Assembly (NCBI GenBank): GCA_963716175.1
Contig: OY970296.1
Location: 452,031 to 516,030, forward strand
Origin: an uncultured Armatimonadetes bacterium
GTDB taxonomy: Bacteria > Armatimonadota > Hebobacteria > Hebobacterales > Hebobacteraceae
Direction of reading: 5' to 3'
DNA: 64,000 nt
Numbering within the stretch: position 1 is the stretch's first letter; every line of letters starts with the position of its first letter. This document shows positions 25,897-33,716 of the stretch, one piece after another. The position numbers and the translations under genes are program-made. Under the pieces are notes generated by a model, which saw only the letters and a list, made by a program, of their open reading frames with translations, made no database searches and was not told the origin of the DNA.

Positions 25897-26523
25897 TCAC
25901 TGGCCCAGGCCGAGAGTTCGCCTCCGCCCTCCCCGCTGCAGCGTTACGCTCTTGGCGCTGATCCTCACCACTCGGTAGCCGCCCGAGATGGTGTCACCCT
26001 CGCGGACCAGGTACCGGCTCTCGCCTTGCCTTAGCACTGCCACCTTCCGCTCATCGCCCACCACGCCTGAGAGCCTGAGCACATTCGGAGGAGGACCGCC
26101 AGAGGTGCCGGCGGCCAGCTGAGGCCCGCCAAATGGCAGCAACGGCGGCAGGGGCCCTCGTGCGTCCACACTTGCCCGCGCCACTACCCGCTTGACGCCG
26201 GCGCGCTGGCGAGTGGGAACGACCTTCACAGGCAGGCGGCCCGTGACCTGTGGTTGGGGAGCTCCTGGCGAAGTAGAAGTATTGGCACTGAGCGCAGACC
26301 CCTCGCCCGGAGGACCGGACTCCCGTAGGCGGCGGTTAGCCGCTGGCTTCGGGTTGACCGGGGACAAGGCCGGCTGGGGTGTCTGCGTGATCCGCACTCG
26401 ATCAGCTGGAACTGCGAGCCTGAGAGGCGCGCCGGAGTGGCTCGTGACGGCGCCGATGACGATTACCACCAGGGCCGCCGCGAAGACAAGCAAGCTGGAT
26501 AGGTTCCGCGTAGTGGACTTCAT
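25897..26523 (-). CDS. Hypothetical membrane-anchored protein (N-terminal TM helix, Pro-rich linker, C-terminal beta-rich domain)
   Basis: MKSTTRNLSSLLVFAAALVVIVIGAV anchor; the C-terminal GVVGDERKVAVLRQGESRYLVREGDTISGGYRVVRISAKSVTLQRGG resembles PilP/GspC-like small beta domains. No family assignment possible. Confidence 0.4.
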   Translation of the reverse strand: MKSTTRNLSSLLVFAAALVVIVIGAVTSHSGAPLRLAVPADRVRITQTPQPALSPVNPKPAANRRLRESGPPGEGSALSANTSTSPGAPQPQVTGRLPVKVVPTRQRAGVKRVVARASVDARGPLPPLLPFGGPQLAAGTSGGPPPNVLRLSGVVGDERKVAVLRQGESRYLVREGDTISGGYRVVRISAKSVTLQRGGRRRTLGLGQ

Positions 26524-26671
26524 GATCTCCCTCCCGGCGACCACGGCCTCCGTGCCGCTTCATACCATAACCAGGGCGTGATCCCACACAGAAGAGGCGG
26601 CCCCAGGCAGCGCGAATCTGTGCCCAGGGCGCCTGGCTTGCCGGCTCCCGGCTGGTTATGGAATATAGCCC

Positions 26672-27650
26672 TTGGCCCCGGAGCGGTGGGGCCTGCGCGC
26701 CGCAGACTCATGGGATTCTGCGGACGCGTGCCATTGGGAGGTGCGGGTCGGCATGAGGTCTCATGCCGGAGAGAGCCACACCCGCTCCCAGCGGCTAGTG
26801 GCGCGGGAGAACCAGGTGGTCAGGCGAGCAGCTCTCGAAAACACCCGGTGCGACGCTGAGGGATACCGTCGCCTCTGGCGGCGCGACCCGCACTCACTTC
26901 GCTTCGCCGAGCTGGCCGACTTGGCCCGCCGCCAGGGCCACCTCCCGCAGGCGGCAGCACTCTCCGCGCGCGGGCTCCTGCTGCACCCGGGCTATGCCAC
27001 CGGGCGCGTGGTAATGGGCGATATCTTCTGGGATCAGAACCTGGAGCACAGGGCCGAGCAGGAATGGCAGGAAGCGCTGCGGATTGACCCTCGGCATCCT
27101 CGGGCTCATCTCCGCCTGGGTGAACTCTACCTGCGCCGCGGCGATCTTCCCCGCGCGGGCCGCGGTGGAGGCGGCGCTCATCTGGAACCCGGAATCGGCC
27201 GAAGCGCGAGCCCTGCTGGCAAGAGTGAGTGGGCGCCCATCCGCTCCTGCTGAGGCAGGTGCTGCGCGCGCTGCCCCGCCCGCGATGTCGCCGGCGAGGT
27301 GCGAAGAAGTGCTAGCGGCCGTCTCCGCCTGCATCTCGGTGTCGCGCGCGGCTGTGGTCAACTCCGACGGCTCGACAGTTGCCGGGACCGACGCCCACCC
27401 GGAGGCAGGGTCGGCGGCGGTGGCGCAACTGATCCGCGAAGCCCGGAGGATAACGCCCCAGCTCGGTGGGGGGCGGCTGCGAGGCGCGCTGCTGCAAGGC
27501 ACCGGGGGCAGCCTGCGCTGTCTCGTGCTGGAGCAGCTGCTGCTGATTGCTGGACTTGAGCCTGGGGTTTCGCCGAGCGCGGCCGATGCTGAGATCGAAC
27601 AGGCCATTGCCGGCCTGGGTGGCTGTCAGGGGGAGCAGGCGTATGCCTGA
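26672..27650 (+). CDS. TPR-repeat plus Roadblock/LC7 domain protein, split across two frames by an apparent +1 frameshift near 27155-27160
   Basis: Frame 2 reads TPR helices ...HLRLGELYLRRGDLPRA; frame 0 continues the same TPR motif (AVEAALIWNPESAEARALLARV), then a Roadblock/LC7 domain (VVNSDGSTVAGTDAHPEAGSAAVAQLIREARRI...LRCLVLEQLLL). The shift lies in the run ccccgcgcgggccgcgg. Confidence 0.5.
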
Positions 27651-28047
27651 GGGGTCGCGATTCGAGCTGCCGCTCAATGTGCTGACCGCGACGCCAGGTG
27701 TGTGCGGAGGCGTGGTCGCCACTGATGACGGCCTGCCGCTGGCTGTGCGGCTCCAGGCCGGACACGACCAAGAGGCCCTATCGGCGGCCGCGGCGGTGCT
27801 CGGTCGTCTCGCGGCTATGGTCATTGCCACCCTCGATCGCGGGGAGCTCGAGCTCGGTGTGCTGGAGGGGGAGAAGCTGCGACTTATGGTCAGGCCGCTC
27901 TCGCTCGGCTTCCTCCTCGTGCTCACTGAGCCGGAGGCGAACCTCGGCCTGATCGCGCGCGAGATTGCGCGGGCGGCCGAGGCCCTGGAACAGGCGGCCG
28001 CAGCGGTTGGTGCGGATTGGATGGCGGCGCAGGGAGGTGCAGCATGA
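27643..28047 (+). CDS. Roadblock/LC7 (MglB-like) domain protein
   Basis: LNVLTATPGVCGGVVATDDGLPLAVRLQAGHDQEALSAAAAVLGRLAAMV...RLMVRPLSLGFLLVLTEP matches the Roadblock/LC7 pattern. ATG overlaps the upstream stop. Confidence 0.7.
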   Translation: MPEGSRFELPLNVLTATPGVCGGVVATDDGLPLAVRLQAGHDQEALSAAAAVLGRLAAMVIATLDRGELELGVLEGEKLRLMVRPLSLGFLLVLTEPEANLGLIAREIARAAEALEQAAAAVGADWMAAQGGAA

Positions 28048-28484
28048 CAGAGATCCTTGACCTGGTGATCCGAGAGCAGGACCTGTTGCAGGTGAACCGC
28101 GCGCTCGCGGCGATGCTGCGCGACTCTCGCGCCCGGTGTGTAATCCTGATCAACCGCAATGACGGCAGCGTGCTGGCGGCCCAGGGATTCCTCGATTCCC
28201 TGGACACCACCTCACTGGCGGCCCTGGCCGCAGGGGCGTTTGCCTCCGCGCGGGAGATTGCCCGGCTGATCGGAGAGCCCGAGTTCAGCGTGCTTTTCCA
28301 CCAGGGCCAGCGCGAGCATGTCCACGTCAACCTCGCGGGAGCGCACGGGCTGCTGATGACCTTGTTCAACGACACCAGCACGGTAGGGCTGGTGCGCCTG
28401 TGCGCGCGCCAGGCCTGCACCGTGATCGAACGCGCCCTGCATGGACGGGCCCCCGGAGAAAGCGGCGACCCCGCCAGACCGTAG
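28044..28484 (+). CDS. Roadblock/LC7 (MglB-like) domain protein
   Basis: MTEILDLV...ARCVILINRNDGSVLAAQGF...SLAALAAGAFASAREIARLIGE...HVHVNLAGAHGLLMTLFND. ATGA overlap with the previous gene. Confidence 0.7.
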   Translation: MTEILDLVIREQDLLQVNRALAAMLRDSRARCVILINRNDGSVLAAQGFLDSLDTTSLAALAAGAFASAREIARLIGEPEFSVLFHQGQREHVHVNLAGAHGLLMTLFNDTSTVGLVRLCARQACTVIERALHGRAPGESGDPARP

Positions 28485-28514
28485 CGGGGTCGCCAACCGC
28501 GCCTGACAGCAGGG

Positions 28515-28739
28515 CTAATCAGCCCAGCTGATCGCCTCCGCCGGGCAGCCATCAATCGCTTCCTGGATCGCGCTCTCGCCGGCCCCGGTGGGATTCTTCA
28601 CCACGGCGATGTCATCGTCCCCCATCTCGAACACTTCCGGGCAAGTCTCGACACAAGCCCCGCAGCCAGTGCAAAGATCGGCATCAACCACAGGTACTCT
28701 CATTGCAGCCTCCCCGGCCATGATCTCGGTGTGCTCCAT
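28515..28739 (-). CDS. Ferredoxin (single [4Fe-4S]/[3Fe-4S] cluster type)
   Basis: DADLCTGCGACVETCPEVFEMGDDDIAVVKNP...IDGCPAEAISW gives a CxxCxxC...CP ligand pattern. Start could be 28739, 28721 or 28703. Confidence 0.8.
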   Translation of the reverse strand: MEHTEIMAGEAAMRVPVVDADLCTGCGACVETCPEVFEMGDDDIAVVKNPTGAGESAIQEAIDGCPAEAISWAD

Positions 28740-29219
28740 ACCCCGGCGCCCGGTAGTTCTGTGGGCGCCAGTTGACTTCCTCCCAGACCACTCAGCGCGC
28801 GGGCGCGGCCTGCGGTAGCAACGGCTGGGCGGCAGCCGAAGCAACGGGCACCGCCAGGCCAACGCTACGACCGCCCCGGTTGGTGTGCCCTGTCAAGGAG
28901 GCGAGGAATTCGTAACTGCTTCGAACCACTCACACCCGGGACGGTCGCACTAACATCATACCCTACTGACCATTACGATGTGCGCGCAATTCTGGACACA
29001 TTCACACTGCTCTGTGATAGAAATACGACACGATGGTAATTGCTGGTACCAGACGGCAAAGGACTGTCACAAAGACGCCCACAGGCGAACGGAAAACGAC
29101 CAACCAGGAAGGCGGCGAGGTGGAAAGCAGTGCCAACGCCAGCCAGAGCGGCTGGCAGCGCTTCTGCGCCAGTCCTGGCAGGCCCCGCCCGGAGACCTAG
29201 ACCGGACTCCTCAGGGCCC

Positions 29220-29294
29220 TGGTGGCACCGGCTGGGCTCGAACCAGCGACATAGCGGTTATGAACCGCTCGCTCTACCACTGAGCTACGGTGCC
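29220..29294 (-). tRNA. tRNA-Met, anticodon CAT (elongator type, or tRNA-Ile2 if lysidinylated)
   Basis: Reverse complement: GGCACCG-TAGCTCAGTGGTAGAGCG-AGCGGTTCATAACCGCT-ATGTC-GCTGGTTCGAGCCCAGC-CGGTGCC-ACCA. 7-bp acceptor stem, GTTCGAG T-loop, encoded CCA. Position 1-72 is base-paired, so it is not an initiator tRNA. Confidence 0.8.
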
Positions 29295-29359
29295 CCACCA
29301 GCGATGATACATCAGCAGGACCGTCGCGACAAGTGATCTCCGCCAAGGCACTCGGGCCG

Positions 29360-31630
29360 TCACGGCTTCATGGTGGCCAGTCGCGCCAGGCTGGCGCGCT
29401 GCTGCCAGCGCTCGGCCGCCGCGAGGTCGGGCCAGGGCAGCTCGATGCGGTAGTCGTTCTCGTCGAGCGCAAGCTGGAAGCTGTGCCGGAAGGCGGCCAC
29501 TTTGAGCGGGAAATGCAGGGCTCGCTTCCTCCGGTCAATGGGCCGCATCACCATCTCCTGGTCGTCGTACGCGGAGAACCGCGTGGCCTCCCGCATGCGG
29601 GCATAGGCGGGCGAAAGGCGAGTCACCTCCCGCCACTGCTCCACCGCGTTCTCAGTTTCGCCCTTGAAGTAGTAGACCAGGCCCAGGTTGCTGCGCGCGA
29701 TGGGGTTGCTGGGGCGCCAGTCTACGACCTGTACCAGATGACGTACCGACTCCGCCAGCATCTTTCCCTTGGCATAGGCCAGGCCCAGGTCGTTGTGTCC
29801 CTCCGGGGAGCGGGGGGAGAAGATCAGCACCCGCTTGAAGCACTCCAGGGCCTCGTTCAGCCGGTCATCCTTGTAATAGGCGAGGCCAAGGTTGGCGTGG
29901 CCGTCCGGGTTGGGAGGCTCGAGCTTCACCAGGGCTCGGAAGTGCTCTATCGCCTCCGGCAATTCCCCTAGGTCCACCGCGGCATGGCCCACGAGGTCGT
30001 GGGCGGCCGCGAGCTGAGGGTCAAGGCTGGCCGCGTAACGGGCCTGCTCGGCCGCGGCCGCCAGGTCGCCTTCGAGGTAGTAGGTCAGCCCGAGATTGCA
30101 GCGGGCAATGGCGCTGCGCGGCATGGCGTCGGCCACAATCCGGAACTGCTCGGCCGCCTCCACTAGCCGGTCCTGAGAGAGCCGGAGGATGCCGATGGCA
30201 TTGTAGACCTCAGGGAAGCCGGAGTAGAGCCTGATCAGCTCATCGAGCTGCTCCTGGGCCTCGTCGAACATGTCCAGCATATGGTAGGCGGTGGCGCAGT
30301 TATACCGGGCCAGGGCGTGCCTGGGGTTCATCCTCACCGCAGCCCGGAAGTGGTCGAGCGCTTGCCTCAGCCGCTCGTCGAGGTAGACGGCCACGCCCAG
30401 GTTCAGCACTACGTCCGCGCTCTTGGACTCCAGCTCGTAGGCCCTTTCCAGCTCCCGCACCGCCTGGTCTACAATGCCCTCGCGCACCAGCAAGGTGCCA
30501 GCATTGTACCTGACCTGGAAATCGCCAGGGGCGACCCGGACCGCCTGGCGAATGGCATCAAGCGCGCGCCCGGTCTGGCCCAAGCGGTACCAACAGCTCC
30601 CCTTCTGAACCAGGGCCCAGCCGTGGTCGGGGGCGACCCGACCCACCGCGCTGAAGTCCTCGATCGCGGCCTGGCACCGACCCTGGAGCATGGCGCACAC
30701 ACCCCGGTTGTAGCGAGCGGCGACGTGGGCCGGCTGGCGCTGAAGCGCGCCGGTGAAGCATCGCTCCGCTACCGTGAGATCGCCTCGCGCCTGATGAATG
30801 ATGCCCAGGTTGCACAGCGCGTCGGGGTGCCGGCGCCGGATCGCGAGCGCCTCCTCCAGCTCTGCCACCGCCTGGTCTGGCATTCCTTGCCGCGCCAGCA
30901 CCAGGGCCAGGGCATTGCGGGCGGCGAGATGACTCGGGTCGAGTTCCAGCAGCTCCCGGAAGCACTGGGCGGCCTCCGAGAACTGCGCCAATTGCCAGTG
31001 ACAGAGCCCGAGGTTCCAGAGCGGCGTCTGTGAGCTGCTCATGCGGGGGCGGGCCCGTTCCAGCTCCTCGATGGCGCGAGTATGACGGCCGGCCGCGGCT
31101 TGGGTAGCGGCGAAGTTGTGGCGCACCAGAGCCGGCACCTCGGCCGCTCCCATCAGCCGCAGCAGCACCTGCTCGGCACGGTCTCTTCCGCTCTCGACCC
31201 AGAGCACGGCGGCGAGCCGCATCTGGGCCTCAGTATCATTGGGCTCAGCTTCGAGGGCGCGGTCGCAAGCGCGCCTGACGCGGGACAGGTTGCGCTTTGC
31301 CAGATAGGTGAAGAGGCCGAGGAGGGCACCGGCCCATCTGCGCCGCAGCACCCGCAGACCCGGGCCCGGTAGGCTTCCCACTGCCGAGCCCGCCGCCGCT
31401 CCAATCACGGCCCCGGCCAGGAGCACGCCGACAGGCAGAGGCGCGTCCCCCGCCCGTGTACCACCACCAGCCCCAGGCCGGCACCGAGCACGAAGCACAG
31501 ACCCGCCCAGATGAGCCACGCGGCGCGCGGCTCGGCATGCCTGCGCACACCCCGCGTCTCTGGTGCATGTTCTAGGGGCGTGCCGCAGACGGTGCAGCTG
31601 GCTTGCTGTGCTGTGTTGGCCGCCCCGCAC
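29360..31630 (-). CDS. Large TPR-repeat protein (at least 18 TPR units) with an N-terminal hydrophobic segment
   Basis: Long succession of W-LG-Y...A-F..AL...P motifs. The N-terminal boundary is uncertain: a GTG near 31426 or a fusion with the upstream zinc-ribbon ORF. Confidence 0.8.
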   Translation of the reverse strand: MRGGQHSTASQLHRLRHAPRTCTRDAGCAQACRAARRVAHLGGSVLRARCRPGAGGGTRAGDAPLPVGVLLAGAVIGAAAGSAVGSLPGPGLRVLRRRWAGALLGLFTYLAKRNLSRVRRACDRALEAEPNDTEAQMRLAAVLWVESGRDRAEQVLLRLMGAAEVPALVRHNFAATQAAAGRHTRAIEELERARPRMSSSQTPLWNLGLCHWQLAQFSEAAQCFRELLELDPSHLAARNALALVLARQGMPDQAVAELEEALAIRRRHPDALCNLGIIHQARGDLTVAERCFTGALQRQPAHVAARYNRGVCAMLQGRCQAAIEDFSAVGRVAPDHGWALVQKGSCWYRLGQTGRALDAIRQAVRVAPGDFQVRYNAGTLLVREGIVDQAVRELERAYELESKSADVVLNLGVAVYLDERLRQALDHFRAAVRMNPRHALARYNCATAYHMLDMFDEAQEQLDELIRLYSGFPEVYNAIGILRLSQDRLVEAAEQFRIVADAMPRSAIARCNLGLTYYLEGDLAAAAEQARYAASLDPQLAAAHDLVGHAAVDLGELPEAIEHFRALVKLEPPNPDGHANLGLAYYKDDRLNEALECFKRVLIFSPRSPEGHNDLGLAYAKGKMLAESVRHLVQVVDWRPSNPIARSNLGLVYYFKGETENAVEQWREVTRLSPAYARMREATRFSAYDDQEMVMRPIDRRKRALHFPLKVAAFRHSFQLALDENDYRIELPWPDLAAAERWQQRASLARLATMKP

Positions 31631-31779
31631 AGCCTACAGACCAAACCGCCCTCCCTGCCGGTCGTTCTCCTTTGCGCCCAGCGCACTATCAGGATACCAC
31701 AATCAGAGTGCTGTCGCAAAACGGCCAGCGACCGGGTCTGACGACTGCCAGTCTGCGAAACGGCTTCGCTGCCTGGCAC
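31405..31779 (-). CDS. Zinc-ribbon plus TM protein; possibly the N-terminal part of the TPR protein
   Basis: CRLCGAANTAQQASCTVCG (two CxxC pairs), then TM AAWLIWAGLCFVLGAGLGLVVV. The ORF ends inside the start region of the TPR ORF. Confidence 0.45.
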   Translation of the reverse strand: MPGSEAVSQTGSRQTRSLAVLRQHSDCGILIVRWAQRRTTGREGGLVCRLCGAANTAQQASCTVCGTPLEHAPETRGVRRHAEPRAAWLIWAGLCFVLGAGLGLVVVHGRGTRLCLSACSWPGP

Positions 31780-31871
31780 CAGCCGCGCGCTGAGCCGGGC
31801 CAGGGACGCGGGCCAGGCCTCCGGCCTCGCCGCCTCGACCGGAGCAGCCAGTCTGCCATGCCCCGAGTCGG

Positions 31872-32438
31872 CTACTGCGCCTTCAGCAGCTCGACCTCGA
31901 AGATGAGTATGGAGTTGGGTGGGATGGGGCCGATACCGCGGGCCCCGTACCCCAGAGCGGCCGGGATGATAAGCTTGCGCACCCCGCCCGGCTTCATGCC
32001 CGCTACCCCTTCATCCCACCCCTTGATCACCCGGCCCGCGCCGAGCGGGAAGGAGAAGGGCTGACCCCGATCCCGCGAGCTGTCGAACTTGGTGCCGTTC
32101 ACCAACCAGCCGGTGTAGTGCACGGTGACAGTCCCGCCGGCCTTGGCCTCTGCCCCTTCACCAACCTTGACGTCTATGTACTGCAGGCCGGAGGCGGTGG
32201 TGACAACCGGGTTGCTGCTGGGCGTTCCCAGCTTGCGGGCGGCCTGCACCGCCTCACTCTCAGTGGGTTTCATCTGGGTCTCCTTTGGCGCCTCGGCCGC
32301 GGGCGCTTTCGCAGCCTGGGGCGGAGCCGCAGGGGGCGGGGGCGCGGTTTCGACGGCCGTTCTCCGGCAGCCCAGCGCGGGTAGGGCTGCCAGCAATGCC
32401 GCGATCAGCAGACCATGGACGACGTTCCTGCGCGTCAT
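31872..32438 (-). CDS. FKBP-type peptidyl-prolyl cis-trans isomerase (secreted/lipoprotein)
   Basis: GLQYIDVKVGEGAEAKAGGTVTVHYTGWLVNGTKFDSSRDRGQPFSFPLGAGRVIKGWDEGVAGMKPGGVRKLIIPAALGYG is the canonical FKBP domain. Signal with LGC lipobox. Confidence 0.85.
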   Translation of the reverse strand: MTRRNVVHGLLIAALLAALPALGCRRTAVETAPPPPAAPPQAAKAPAAEAPKETQMKPTESEAVQAARKLGTPSSNPVVTTASGLQYIDVKVGEGAEAKAGGTVTVHYTGWLVNGTKFDSSRDRGQPFSFPLGAGRVIKGWDEGVAGMKPGGVRKLIIPAALGYGARGIGPIPPNSILIFEVELLKAQ

Positions 32439-32508
32439 GCTCGTTCCCTCCGAGTAGTATGGGCCGGGATGATAGCACGGGAGGCATGCCGGAACAAGAG
32501 CGTCCCGC

Positions 32509-33543
32509 TCACGCGGCCTGTTGCCGGCGACGCGGCCACACATTGACCGCGTTGCCGACCACGATCAGCGCCGCGCCCTGCCAGAAGCCTGGGCCGAAAG
32601 ACTCGCGCAGCACCAGCCAACCCAGGCTCACGCCCAGCACTGGCGTGAGATAGGTGATGGGCGGCAGCTTGTGCGCTTCGCCGAAACGGGCCCCCAGCTC
32701 GAGCGCACACAGCCAAAGGGTGTAGCTGCCGCAGTACACGGCTATCCCCATTAGCAGAATCAGAGCCCAGGCCGCAACTGGCGCCGGTCCCCATGGGCCC
32801 AGGAAAAGCGGAACGGCGTAGCCGGTGACGGGTCGCAGCTCGTGCCTGATGGTGACCACTGCGGCCAGCATGGCTAGACCCAGGGTCATGGCCAGGAAGG
32901 AGTGCACATCCGACAGGCCGCGCCGCTCGTATCCGGGCCGCAGCGGGACAAACCGGTCCAGGTTCGAGTAGACTCCCCAGGAGAAAGCCGCGAACAGCGC
33001 CAGCAGCGCGCCGAGAAGGGAGGTGATGCCGCCCAGGCGCGCGAGATGTCCCTCGGTGGCGATGGTCGCCACCCCCAGCAGGCACAGCAGCAGGCCCGCG
33101 CCCAGCCGCGCCGGCCCGGGCCGGCGCCGCAAGTCGGACTTCCACTCCCAGCCGGTGATCGGCCGTACCAGCGCGCCGAAGGCGGCCCCCTGGAACAGGA
33201 CCACGAACACCGGATGCAGGTAGTTGATGATGATGGCGTCGGGCAGGGGCAAGCGCACGAAAGCTGCATTCAGCGCCACCGGGTAGGCGGCCCAGCCGAA
33301 GAAACCCATCGCCGCCAGCGCCACCCAGCCCCGGGCTGCAATCGCGTGGATATGGTGAAGCCGGCGCCTGATCGCCAGCACGGCGAGCAGCGCCACCCAC
33401 CCCAGGCCGACCCCCCAGAAGGCCACCTGAAGCGGGGTCAGCCTTCCGCCGTCCCGCATGGCCAGCAGCAGCGCCTTGTTGGTAACCAGCGAGATCGCCC
33501 AGACCAGCACGATCAGCAAGGTGTAGGCATAGGCTCGTCTCAT
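32509..33543 (-). CDS. EamA/DMT-family transporter
   Basis: 10 predicted TM helices, duplicated EamA halves. Confidence 0.75.
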   Translation of the reverse strand: MRRAYAYTLLIVLVWAISLVTNKALLLAMRDGGRLTPLQVAFWGVGLGWVALLAVLAIRRRLHHIHAIAARGWVALAAMGFFGWAAYPVALNAAFVRLPLPDAIIINYLHPVFVVLFQGAAFGALVRPITGWEWKSDLRRRPGPARLGAGLLLCLLGVATIATEGHLARLGGITSLLGALLALFAAFSWGVYSNLDRFVPLRPGYERRGLSDVHSFLAMTLGLAMLAAVVTIRHELRPVTGYAVPLFLGPWGPAPVAAWALILLMGIAVYCGSYTLWLCALELGARFGEAHKLPPITYLTPVLGVSLGWLVLRESFGPGFWQGAALIVVGNAVNVWPRRRQQAA

Positions 33544-33716
33544 TGCCGCTCGCTGACCCAACTGCTCGCCAAGAAGTGCATGGCTGCCCTATCGCCTCGT
33601 CGCCGGCTCGCCTGAGGGCTGTGTTTCGGCCCGCGGCCAATCCCATCCTGCCGCCCCAAGCCGGAGGCAAGGGACGAGCGACGGGCGGAGCCTGACCCAC
33701 ACTTGCTCCGCCCGGC

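Noticed and set aside
29100-29215. Possible SRP (4.5S) RNA because of ACCAGGAAGG...GGAAAGCAG resembling the domain IV CAGG/GGAAGCAGCC motif
   Set aside because: The GNRA-capped helix 8 and the symmetric and asymmetric loops cannot be formed; the long hairpin pairing of the 5' and 3' halves is absent.
29040-29336. Plus-strand ORFs 28978..29283 and 29040..29336 covering the tRNA
   Set aside because: They overlap a clear tRNA-Met gene on the minus strand, and their translation is Arg/Pro-rich nonsense.
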